DNA from: a bacterium
GTDB taxonomy: Bacteria; UBA9089; UBA9088
DNA length: 64,000 nt
Direction of reading: 5' to 3'
NCBI GenBank assembly: GCA_040753555.1
Contig: JBFMDZ010000001.1
Coordinates: 12,693 to 76,692 of the forward strand
Numbering within the stretch: the stretch's first letter is position 1; every line of letters begins with the position of its first letter. Positions 39,608-48,500 of this stretch are shown here, one piece after another. The notes beneath the pieces were generated by a model. That model did not search any database and had not been told where the DNA came from. It was given only the letters and a program-made list of their open reading frames with translations. The translations under genes and the position numbers were made by a program.

Positions 39608-40030
39608 TTGAGTGATATGAAAGAACCTAAAATTATTGCATTTTTATGTAATTGGTGCACATATGCGGCATCTGACCTTGCTGGGACATCTCGGCTAAAA
39701 TACCCTGAAAATATAAGGATAATCAGGGTTCCCTGTTCAGGGAGGATAGATTTTCTTCTAATCCTCAAAGCCTTTAAGGAGGGTGCTGACGGAGTTATGG
39801 TCTCTGGTTGCCATCCAGGTGATTGCCATTATGTATCGGGAAATTATTATGCAAGGAGGAGGTTTGCAATACTCGCAAGACTTCTTGAATTTATGGGTAT
39901 AGAAAAGGAAAGGCTACAATTTTTTTGGATATCAGGGGGAGAGGGTGTAAAATTTGCAGAAAGCGTTTCTAAAATGGTAGAGGAAATAAAAAGGCTTGGC
40001 CCATTTGAGGGATTTAAGGATGAAAAATAG
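39608..40030 (+). CDS. mvhD: MvhD/FlxD-like protein (methyl-viologen-reducing hydrogenase delta-subunit family).
   Basis: MKEPKIIAFLCNWCTYAASDLAG...VSGCHPGDCHY. Likely ATG start at 39617. Confidence 0.85.
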   Translation: MSDMKEPKIIAFLCNWCTYAASDLAGTSRLKYPENIRIIRVPCSGRIDFLLILKAFKEGADGVMVSGCHPGDCHYVSGNYYARRRFAILARLLEFMGIEKERLQFFWISGGEGVKFAESVSKMVEEIKRLGPFEGFKDEK

Positions 40031-40538
40031 CTTGGTTCCCATTGAAAGAATAGAGGGCAAGATTCTTGTGATAAGAAATAAAAAGGTGATGTTAGATAAA
40101 GATTTGGCAGAGCTTTATGGAGTAAAAACATCTGCGTTAAAACGGCAGGTCAATAGAAATATAGAAAGATTTCCAGAAGATTTTATGTTTCAACTGACAA
40201 AGGAAGAGCTTGAAAACTTGAGGTGCCATTTTGGCATATCAAGTTGGGGTGGAGTTAGACATCTTCCTTATGCCTTCACAGAGCAGGGTGTTGCTATGCT
40301 ATCCTCTGTGCTTAATAGCAAAATGGCAGTTAAAGTAAATATCCAGATTATGAGAGCCTTTGTAAGGTTAAGGGAAATGGTCTTAAGCAATGAGGAATTA
40401 AGGAAAAAGGTTGAAAATATGGAGAAAAAATATGACCAGCAATTTAAGATTATCTTTGATGCCATAAAGGGTATATTATCCACCCCTGTTTCTAATATAA
40501 AGAAAATAGGATTTAGAGAAAAAAATGGAAATAAGTAA
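39996..40538 (+). CDS. ORF6N-domain protein, associated with mobile elements and phage.
   Basis: VMLDKDLAELYGVKTSALKRQVNRNIERFPEDFMFQLTKEE. Likely start MKNSLVPIE at 40020. Confidence 0.65.
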   Translation: MAHLRDLRMKNSLVPIERIEGKILVIRNKKVMLDKDLAELYGVKTSALKRQVNRNIERFPEDFMFQLTKEELENLRCHFGISSWGGVRHLPYAFTEQGVAMLSSVLNSKMAVKVNIQIMRAFVRLREMVLSNEELRKKVENMEKKYDQQFKIIFDAIKGILSTPVSNIKKIGFREKNGNK

Positions 40539-41328
40539 ATTAGCATATGAATTATTGGAAAAAGGCGATATTTCCTTAATTATTGGCTATGAAGAAAATA
40601 ATGGAATAGTATCTCCCTGTTTTATTAAGGATAAAGAGGATACCAAAAGGCTTATCTTTAATGATAAGTGCTTTCATAACCTCTCTGTTTATTTAACAAA
40701 AATGAAAGAAAGGGTTGGAATTATCGCAAAGGGTTGTGATATAAGGTCTATAATTGGTCTTGTCCAGGAAAATCAGATAAAGAGAGAGGATGTTGTAATA
40801 ATTGGCATTGCTTGCCCTGGCTTAAATTTAAAAAAATGTAGCTCTTGCCCTGACAAAAATCCAAAATTTTATGATTACTTAATTGGTGAAAAACAAGAAG
40901 AAATCAAAGGAGATAAATTTTCTGAGGTAATTGAGATAGAGAAAAAAAACCCAAAGGAGAGATGGAATTATTTTAAAAATGAATTTAGCCGATGTATAAG
41001 GTGCTATGCCTGCCGGCAAATTTGTCCCCTTTGTTATTGCGAAACCTGTATTGTGGATGTAAGCATTCCACAATGGATTTCAAAGGCTAATTCAAGCTCA
41101 TCCAATTTTCTCTTTCACATAACAAGGGCATTGCACCTGGCAGGAAGGTGCGTTGGTTGCGGAGAATGCGAGAGGGTCTGTCCAATGAAGATTCCCTTGA
41201 GCCTCCTAAATCTAAAGATAGCAAATGATGTATTAGAGCTATTTGACTACAAAGCAGGAGAAGATGTAAATCTCAAGCCTCCACTTCAGGAATTTAAAAA
41301 AGATGACTACAATGAATTTATTGGATAA
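40525..41328 (+). CDS. 4Fe-4S cluster protein (sulfhydrogenase-beta/AsrA/FlxC-like).
   Basis: CIRCYACRQICPLCYC and CVGCGECERVCP motifs. Confidence 0.5.
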   Translation: MEISKLAYELLEKGDISLIIGYEENNGIVSPCFIKDKEDTKRLIFNDKCFHNLSVYLTKMKERVGIIAKGCDIRSIIGLVQENQIKREDVVIIGIACPGLNLKKCSSCPDKNPKFYDYLIGEKQEEIKGDKFSEVIEIEKKNPKERWNYFKNEFSRCIRCYACRQICPLCYCETCIVDVSIPQWISKANSSSSNFLFHITRALHLAGRCVGCGECERVCPMKIPLSLLNLKIANDVLELFDYKAGEDVNLKPPLQEFKKDDYNEFIG

Positions 41329-42274
41329 GAAGGATTTAAAGGGTTTTATTGAGGAACTAAAAAAGGAGGCAGATGTTTTTGCTCCCTTTTCTTCTGATGG
41401 GCTTATTTTCTTTAAAGAAATTAAAGATAAGATGCCTGAATTTACCTATCTCAATACCACTATTCCCCTTAAATCCCTATTTCTTCCCCAAACAGAAGAA
41501 TTATTAAGATTTAATATAAAAAAGGATGGTATTGAAATTACAGAATCGCCGCCAGATAATAAAAAAAGGATAATCATTGGGTGCAGGCCTTGCGATGCAA
41601 AGGCTTTAAACATCCTTGATAAGGTCTTTTTGGATTTTCCAGAGGATTCTTTTTATAAAAAAAGGAGGGAGAATACGATAATCATAAGCCTTCTATGCAA
41701 AGAGCCAGACAAAACCTGCTTTTGCACATCTTTTGGCTATGATATGTCTTGTGGCAGCGATATTTTAATGGCTGAAGATGGCAATAATTATTATTTTGAG
41801 CCAATAACCGAAAAAGGGAAGGCAATTGTTCCTGATGGATCAGGGATTAAGGATCAGGGCTTAGGGATTAGAACAAAGACCCACATTTCTTTAGATAATC
41901 TTTCGCTCTCATTTAATTCACCAAAATGGGAAGAAATTTCTTTAAAATGCCTCGGCTGTGGGATTTGCACCTACCTTTGTCCAACCTGTTATTGCTTTGA
42001 TATTGCTGATGAGAAAAATAGCCGTTTTAGATGCTGGGATTCCTGTGCCTTTGCTTTTTTTACAAAAATGGTAGCCCATCAGCCAAGAAAGGAACAATTC
42101 CAAAGGTTTAGAAATAGAATAATGCATAAATTTTCATATTTTAAGGAGAGATTCGGCGAATATGCCTGTGTTGGCTGCGGAAGGTGCATAAGGCATTGCC
42201 CTGTTTCTATGGATATTTTAGAGGTAATTGAGAAGTCAGGAGTCAGGAGGAAGAGATCAGGAGTCAAGGGGTAA
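41303..42274 (+). CDS. 4Fe-4S cluster protein (AsrA/HydB/FlxB-like).
   Basis: CLGCGICTYLCPTCYC and CVGCGRCIRHCP motifs. The C-terminal tail is encoded by the GAGTCAGGAGG junction repeat. Confidence 0.55.
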   Translation: MTTMNLLDKKDLKGFIEELKKEADVFAPFSSDGLIFFKEIKDKMPEFTYLNTTIPLKSLFLPQTEELLRFNIKKDGIEITESPPDNKKRIIIGCRPCDAKALNILDKVFLDFPEDSFYKKRRENTIIISLLCKEPDKTCFCTSFGYDMSCGSDILMAEDGNNYYFEPITEKGKAIVPDGSGIKDQGLGIRTKTHISLDNLSLSFNSPKWEEISLKCLGCGICTYLCPTCYCFDIADEKNSRFRCWDSCAFAFFTKMVAHQPRKEQFQRFRNRIMHKFSYFKERFGEYACVGCGRCIRHCPVSMDILEVIEKSGVRRKRSGVKG

Positions 42275-43082
42275 AATGGAAAATATATATAGACCAAAGG
42301 TTTTGGAGATTATTGAGATATTTAAGGAAACACCTGATATCAAGACATTCAGGCTTGGTGCGGATATTTCCTATATGCCGGGTCAATTTGGGCTATATTC
42401 TGTATTTGGTGAGGGAGAGGCTACATTTTGCATTGCCTCATCGCCTACCCAAAAGGGTTATATTGAATGCACAGTAAAAAGAATAGGGAAGGTTACAGAT
42501 GCCTTACATAGCCTTGATGTAGATGATAAGATTGGTTTTAGAGGACCATATGGCAATTCATTTCCTATTGATGTGCTTAAAGGAAAAAATCTATTGTTTA
42601 TTGGCGGTGGGATTGGATTAGCACCCCTTCGTTCTTTGCTCTTATATTGCCTGGACAAAAGGGAAGATTTTGGCGAAATAACCTTGCTTTATGGAGCAAG
42701 GAGCGTGAATGACCTGGTTTATAAGAGAGAGCTTGAGGAATTAAAAGAAAAAATAAACCTTGTTTTAACCGTTGACCCTGGTGGAGAAAAAGAGGGTTGG
42801 ACTGGAAAAATAGGCTTTGTTCCAAAGGTATTGGAGGAATTATCTTTAAAGGCAGAAAATTGTTTTGTTATTACCTGTGGGCCTCCTATAATGATAAAAT
42901 TTGTTTGTGCTTCATTAGAAAATCTTGGATTTTCAGAGGATAAAATTATAACAACCCTTGAGATGAAGATGAAATGTGGGATTGGCAAATGTGGAAGGTG
43001 TAATATTGGAAAAACCTATGTCTGCAAGGATGGCCCTGTATTCAGCCTGAAGGAGATAAAGGAGATGCCAGATGAATTCTAA
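42228..43082 (+). CDS. FAD/NAD(P)-binding oxidoreductase with C-terminal 2Fe-2S cluster (PyrK/HydG/AsrB/FlxA-like).
   Basis: FRGPYGNSF, LLFIGGGIGLAPL, CGIGKCGRCNIGKTYVCKDGP. Probable true start MENIYRPKV at 42276. Confidence 0.65.
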   Translation: MRSQESGGRDQESRGKMENIYRPKVLEIIEIFKETPDIKTFRLGADISYMPGQFGLYSVFGEGEATFCIASSPTQKGYIECTVKRIGKVTDALHSLDVDDKIGFRGPYGNSFPIDVLKGKNLLFIGGGIGLAPLRSLLLYCLDKREDFGEITLLYGARSVNDLVYKRELEELKEKINLVLTVDPGGEKEGWTGKIGFVPKVLEELSLKAENCFVITCGPPIMIKFVCASLENLGFSEDKIITTLEMKMKCGIGKCGRCNIGKTYVCKDGPVFSLKEIKEMPDEF

Positions 43083-44223
43083 TATAATCCTTGGAATAAC
43101 GGGAAGCATTGCCGCATATAAGGCTTGCGAGCTTATAAGAGCTCTTAAAAGCCTAGGATGTAATATTCATCCTGTAATGACAAGACAGGCCAAGAAATTT
43201 ATCAGTCCACTTACAATTGCAACCCTGTCAGAAAACCCTGTAGCGATAAAGCCCTCATTCCACATCGAGCATATAAAAAAATGCGATTTGATAATTATTG
43301 CACCTTGCACAGGAAATATTATAGGAAAAATTGCACAAGGCATCGCAGATGATCTCTTAACAAGCATTGCTTTGGCAATGAAAGCACCTCTTTTGATTGC
43401 ACCAGCAATGAATGAGGGGATGTATCTAAATCCTATAACACAAAGGAATATTAAGATTTTGAAGGAGAACGGCGTAATTATAATAGAGCCAGAAAAGGGG
43501 AAATTGGCAAAAGGTGAAGGTTATGGAAGGCTTGCTGATGTTGATGTAATAGTTAAGGAGGCAATGTCTCTTCTTGAAATAAGCAAAATTGCCTCTTTAA
43601 AAAAGGTTTTAATAACAGCAGGTGGAACAATTGAACCAATAGACCCGATAAGGTTTATCTCAAATCGCTCATCAGGTCTTATGGGGCATTCCCTGGCAAG
43701 CAGATTTTCTTTATTTGGAGCCGATGTAAGCCTAATAACCACAACAGATATTCCTACTCTGTCATCTATAAAAAGATACCAGGTAAAAACAGCCTCTGAT
43801 ATGAAAAAAATGGTTGATGAATTATTTGATAATTGCGATATTTTTATCTCAACCGCCGCTGTTTGTGATTTTAAGCCAGAGAAAAAAGCAAAAGAGAAAA
43901 TAAAGGATAAAGAAATTACCTTAAAACTTACAAGAAATCCTGACATTTTAAAGGGGGTTGGAAAAAGAAAAAAGCATCAAAAAATTATTGGATTCTCTGT
44001 TGATACGGAAAATAGAGAAGATAATGCAAAAAAGAAATTAAAAGAAAAAAACCTTGATATGATTGTTCTTTGCACAATTGATGATATGGGAAGAGAAACA
44101 ATCATCCCAAAAATCCTTTACAAGGATGGAAACATTGAGGAATTTAGCGAAATCTCAAAAACAGAATTTGCCACCTGCCTTATTAAAAGAGTCTGGGGGT
44201 CAGAGGGTCTAAAGAGTCTATGA
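43072..44223 (+). CDS. coaBC: Bifunctional phosphopantothenoylcysteine decarboxylase / phosphopantothenate-cysteine ligase.
   Basis: ILGITGSIAAYKACELIR flavoprotein N-terminus and the ligase C-half. Confidence 0.85.
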   Translation: MNSNIILGITGSIAAYKACELIRALKSLGCNIHPVMTRQAKKFISPLTIATLSENPVAIKPSFHIEHIKKCDLIIIAPCTGNIIGKIAQGIADDLLTSIALAMKAPLLIAPAMNEGMYLNPITQRNIKILKENGVIIIEPEKGKLAKGEGYGRLADVDVIVKEAMSLLEISKIASLKKVLITAGGTIEPIDPIRFISNRSSGLMGHSLASRFSLFGADVSLITTTDIPTLSSIKRYQVKTASDMKKMVDELFDNCDIFISTAAVCDFKPEKKAKEKIKDKEITLKLTRNPDILKGVGKRKKHQKIIGFSVDTENREDNAKKKLKEKNLDMIVLCTIDDMGRETIIPKILYKDGNIEEFSEISKTEFATCLIKRVWGSEGLKSL

Positions 44224-44933
44224 CAGAAGTAAGGATTTTTAGGACAATTGGCTTAAAAGAGGATAGGATAAAGAGGACATTAGAGGATATTACAAAATGG
44301 GGAAAGGCTGTATCCATTGGGCTTAAAAGCACAGGGTTTGGCGTTGATATAGAGCTTATTGTCTCATCAGATAATGAGGCTGTGGCTTCCTCACTAACAA
44401 AGTCTGCATCTGATAATATAAAAAAGCGCCTCGGTGATTCTATATATGGGACAAGCAACGATGAGACATTAGAAAAGGTTTTAGGCTACATCCTTTACCT
44501 TAAAAAGCTTACACTAGCCATTGCTGAGTCTTGCACAGGTGGCTTTGCCTCACATCTCATTACAAATGTTTCAGGGGCATCATCTTATTTTAAGGGTGGA
44601 ATAATCGCTTATGCCAATGAGATAAAGATAGGTCTCCTTGGGGTTTCAAAAAAGACAATAGAAAGATATGGTTCGGTTTCCAAAAAAACAGCAGAAGAAA
44701 TGGCTATTGGTGTAAAAAAGGTCTTTAATGTAGACCTAGGGCTTTCAATTACAGGGATTGCTGGTCCTTCTGGAGGAAGCCAGGAAAAACCAATTGGTCT
44801 TGTTTATATTGGTTTAGCAAGGCAGGATGAAATAATTGTAAAAGATTTCTTGTTTTCTGGGGAAAGGGAACAAATAAAAGAACAAGCCTCTTACTATGCC
44901 ATTGATTTGGTAAGAAGAACCCTCATTAGATAA
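44220..44933 (+). CDS. CinA C-terminal domain (PncC-like) protein.
   Basis: LAIAESCTGGFASHLIT...SYFKGGIIAYANEIK. Confidence 0.7.
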   Translation: MTEVRIFRTIGLKEDRIKRTLEDITKWGKAVSIGLKSTGFGVDIELIVSSDNEAVASSLTKSASDNIKKRLGDSIYGTSNDETLEKVLGYILYLKKLTLAIAESCTGGFASHLITNVSGASSYFKGGIIAYANEIKIGLLGVSKKTIERYGSVSKKTAEEMAIGVKKVFNVDLGLSITGIAGPSGGSQEKPIGLVYIGLARQDEIIVKDFLFSGEREQIKEQASYYAIDLVRRTLIR

Positions 44934-44952
44934 GACACATACCCTCATTTTT

Positions 44953-45312
44953 TTAACCAGAAGCAACCATACTTTTTCCAAAAAGCCTTTCCATAAATTC
45001 CCTTCTCATTTCCTCTTGAACACCCTCAAGTTTGGATAGCCTTTGTGATAAATCAAGCTTTGTGTTTATCTGTCTTAAATCCTCTCTTACAAGTGACAAT
45101 TCTTTAAAAACTACCTCAAATCTTTTATTTGTTTCTTCCCTTGTCTCTTTCATTTCAGCAATTAACATCTCAAATCTTTTGTCAACCTGCTCAAATCTTT
45201 CGCTATGCTCCTTTAAGATAACACTATGCTCCTTTAAGGTATCCTGAATAACCCTTAACTCAGGAACCAAGATTTCCTGTAAAACCTTTCTTAATCCCTC
45301 AACAATGTTCAT
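44953..45312 (-). CDS. Hypothetical coiled-coil protein.
   Basis: 119-aa ORF, Glu/Lys/Arg-rich heptads. Confidence 0.3.
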   Translation of the reverse strand: MNIVEGLRKVLQEILVPELRVIQDTLKEHSVILKEHSERFEQVDKRFEMLIAEMKETREETNKRFEVVFKELSLVREDLRQINTKLDLSQRLSKLEGVQEEMRREFMERLFGKSMVASG

Positions 45313-45313
45313 T

Positions 45314-45511
45314 TTACTCTTCCTGACCTACAACACCCAATCTTTTTCTATAATTTATTATAAGCTCAATTAGTTTGTCAAGTGGCTCTTTGACCACATA
45401 CTTTTGTCCTGAGTTTAGGGTGACTACAGTATCTGGGGTTTCTTCGATTATCTCTATTTGATGGGGGTTTAGGGCAAAGGTTTGACCATTAAGTCTCGTA
45501 AGAATAATCAT
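45314..45511 (-). CDS. flbD: Flagellar protein FlbD.
   Basis: MIILTRLNGQTFALNPHQIEIIEETPDTVVTLNSGQKYVV. Confidence 0.7.
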   Translation of the reverse strand: MIILTRLNGQTFALNPHQIEIIEETPDTVVTLNSGQKYVVKEPLDKLIELIINYRKRLGVVGQEE

Positions 45512-45559
45512 TTATCAACCAACGACAGCTTTAACTATGAACTATGAACTATGAACTAA

Positions 45560-48500
45560 CTACCTCTTCATATTGACTATTTCTGTCAATATCTGGTCGT
45601 CTGTTACAATTATACGAGAATTTGCCTGAAATGCACGCTGGGCAATAATAAGGTCTGTAAATTCCTCAACAAGGTCAACATTTGCCATCTCAAGCTGATT
45701 AGGTTGGATTTTACCCCTTCCACTCTCACCTGGTTTTCCAATTAGCGCCTCTCCTGAATTTAGGGTTTCAGTAAAGAGGGTAGCTGATTCTTTAAGTAAG
45801 CCTGATGGATTAGAAAATGTTGCTAAGGCTATTTGGCCAAGGTTCTGAACCTGGTCATTTGTATATTTACCAACAATTACACCCTCTGAATTTATGCTCT
45901 TTGACTCAAGCTTTCCTGTTGTATAGCCATCCTGAGAGGAAATTTGTGCATTAGACTTTGAGGCATTTGGGCTATGATCAACAGAAAACTGATGTATCTT
46001 TGTAAAATCAGCGGTTATTTCAACAGAATCTGCGCCCTTATCACTTCCCTCTGGATCAAAGAGAAGACCTTTAAATTTTGTTCCCGATGTCCTCTCATCA
46101 GATGGTGATTCAAATACCTTAGAATTATCCTTATCATAATCTCCATTTTCATCAAAAACAGCAATTCCATAACCCGAAAATTTTTCATCAGATGAAGATG
46201 GATTTAGAACATTCCAAAGCCATCTATTGGTAGACAATTTTTCAAATTTATAGGTAATATCCCATCCCTTTCCAAGGCTATCATAGATTTGTTTTGAGAC
46301 AGAATATATATAATCGCTGTTTACACTTGTAGTAACAGGAGAGCCTGTATCAGATGTCTTATAGCCTGAGTATGTTGTATCAATTGATGTATTTGGTGTA
46401 AATATAATAGCTTCTGGTCCTGAATTTCCATTTGGAACAAATACATCAGCAGATAATGGCGAAACCTGGCGATAGTCAACCTCAACCCTTCCTGTTCCAT
46501 AAGACCTGTCAAGGATTACCCTGTCAACGCCATTTGCACCTGAACCATCCTGGAATGTAAAGTCAGAAACATCCTGAATAACACCATTAACCTTAAGGAC
46601 TAGTGTTGTAGAATCAACATCTGGGTTATCAAGGTCAAATGCATTGAGCCTTGTATAATCTACCCAGATATAATTACTATTTGGTGGATTCCCTCCTACC
46701 TGTGTTATTCTAATTTGATCCTCTCCACCTGTTCCTGTATTATCTAAAAATGTTACCTGAGAACTTGAAAGCATTGTAGGAGTGTCTGGAGTGGCGTTGT
46801 CAGCATAATAAACAGCAATTGTATCACTATCAACATCTCCATGGGGAAGGGAAAGCGTCCATTCTGCTCCTGAAGAAGGTAAAGGACTAAATGGGTCATT
46901 ATCTGTTGAATCACCATCAATGGGTTGTTTAATAACCTGTGTTCCTGGCTTTCCACTTCCTGCTGTTCCAAGGCTTTCAGCCTTTACCTCATTTGAGGTT
47001 GCATTTAGCCTAATAAAATCTCTTCCTGTTCCAGCCGCAGATGTTGTATCAGACCATCCATCAGATGGTGTTGGCCTTTCTGTTATAAGGTCCATAACAC
47101 CATTGTTATTTCCTCCCTCAACGGTTCCCAATGTTATATTTATCTCTGAGAAGAATGGTGTTGTTCCTGTTTCAGATAAAGAAATCCTTGCGCCCTCTGT
47201 CCTTGACTTTATGGTAAATTTATCTGTGGTTGGGTCATATTCTATTATGATTTTGGCATCTGAGGCATTTATCTCATTTAATAAAGACTGGACAGTTGGA
47301 TAATTTGATATATTTATCTCTCTGGATGTATATGTTCCAGAATCTGTTGCTATGGTTATTGTTCCATTTATTGTCCCTGCATCAAATTGGCTCCAGTTTC
47401 CAGCAAGGTTGACACTCTCTGCTCCATCTATTACCTCTATGCTTGAGCTAACCTCAGGCACTGCCTCTGTATCCTTAAAGTTGTTGATTGCCTTATAGTC
47501 AGAATTAAGCTGTAAAATGCCCTTTGCCTCAACCGTCTTATTGTAGTTATAGTTAGCGGTTGTAACCCCTCCACAACTGACTGGCGATACAGGAACATCA
47601 ACTGCCTCCAGACCTGTAGTTAAAAGCTTTGTCTTGGTTAGAAATCCATCAAGGGTTGCCTGTCTTACCGTTACTGATGAGTTTGTATTCATAATTGTAA
47701 ACCTATCATTCTTTGAGTCATATCTTAATGTTATTCCAAGTGGCAATGTTGTTCCTCCTGTCATATCAACCGCCTGATTAACATCATCAATAAAATTGGC
47801 TACTGAGGTATAAGAAGCTAGGTCAGCTGATGTCCAGCTAGCAGCCACTCCCGTTGAAGTTGTCCAGGTGAATTGTATAGTTCTTGCGGTTGGTGGAACT
47901 GGCGGCTCTGCATCCTTAAACCCATTATTAAACCCTGCCTTTGGAAAAATCTTATTAAGGTCTAGGCTATTAACCACAACATCCTCCCTTGACTTTGGAT
48001 TTGTATATGCAGCAAGGTAGACTGAGGTAATATCTCCCTCACCTGGAAGCTTTGCATGGGTTAAAAAGCCTTCTTCATGAGACTGTGAAACATAGATACC
48101 TTGAGTATTTTCAAGTTCAAACCTATCGGAAACAGGATCATAGGTAAGGCTTATAAGGTTTGTTCCCGCCTTTCCATTTACACCTGCTGTAACTGCGGCT
48201 AAAAAGTCAGCCACAGTTCCATAGCTTTGAAGCTGGGCAGATGTCCATGTTTCACCTCCACCACTCCAAGCAATAGTTATGGTTGAGGTTAAAGCATTAT
48301 TTGGCATTACAAGACCTGTTGCTGAGTTAAACCCTGCTCTATTAAATGGTTGAGAAACATCAAGGGAATTTGAAACAACCTCCTCTGTGCTTGTGGTTGA
48401 AAAGAATGTTATCTGGTCCTTACCACCTATACCTAAATTGTTGTTAAATGTATAATTTGCTCTATCTTGTGTCGCACCATCTACTTTTATTTGTAAGGTT

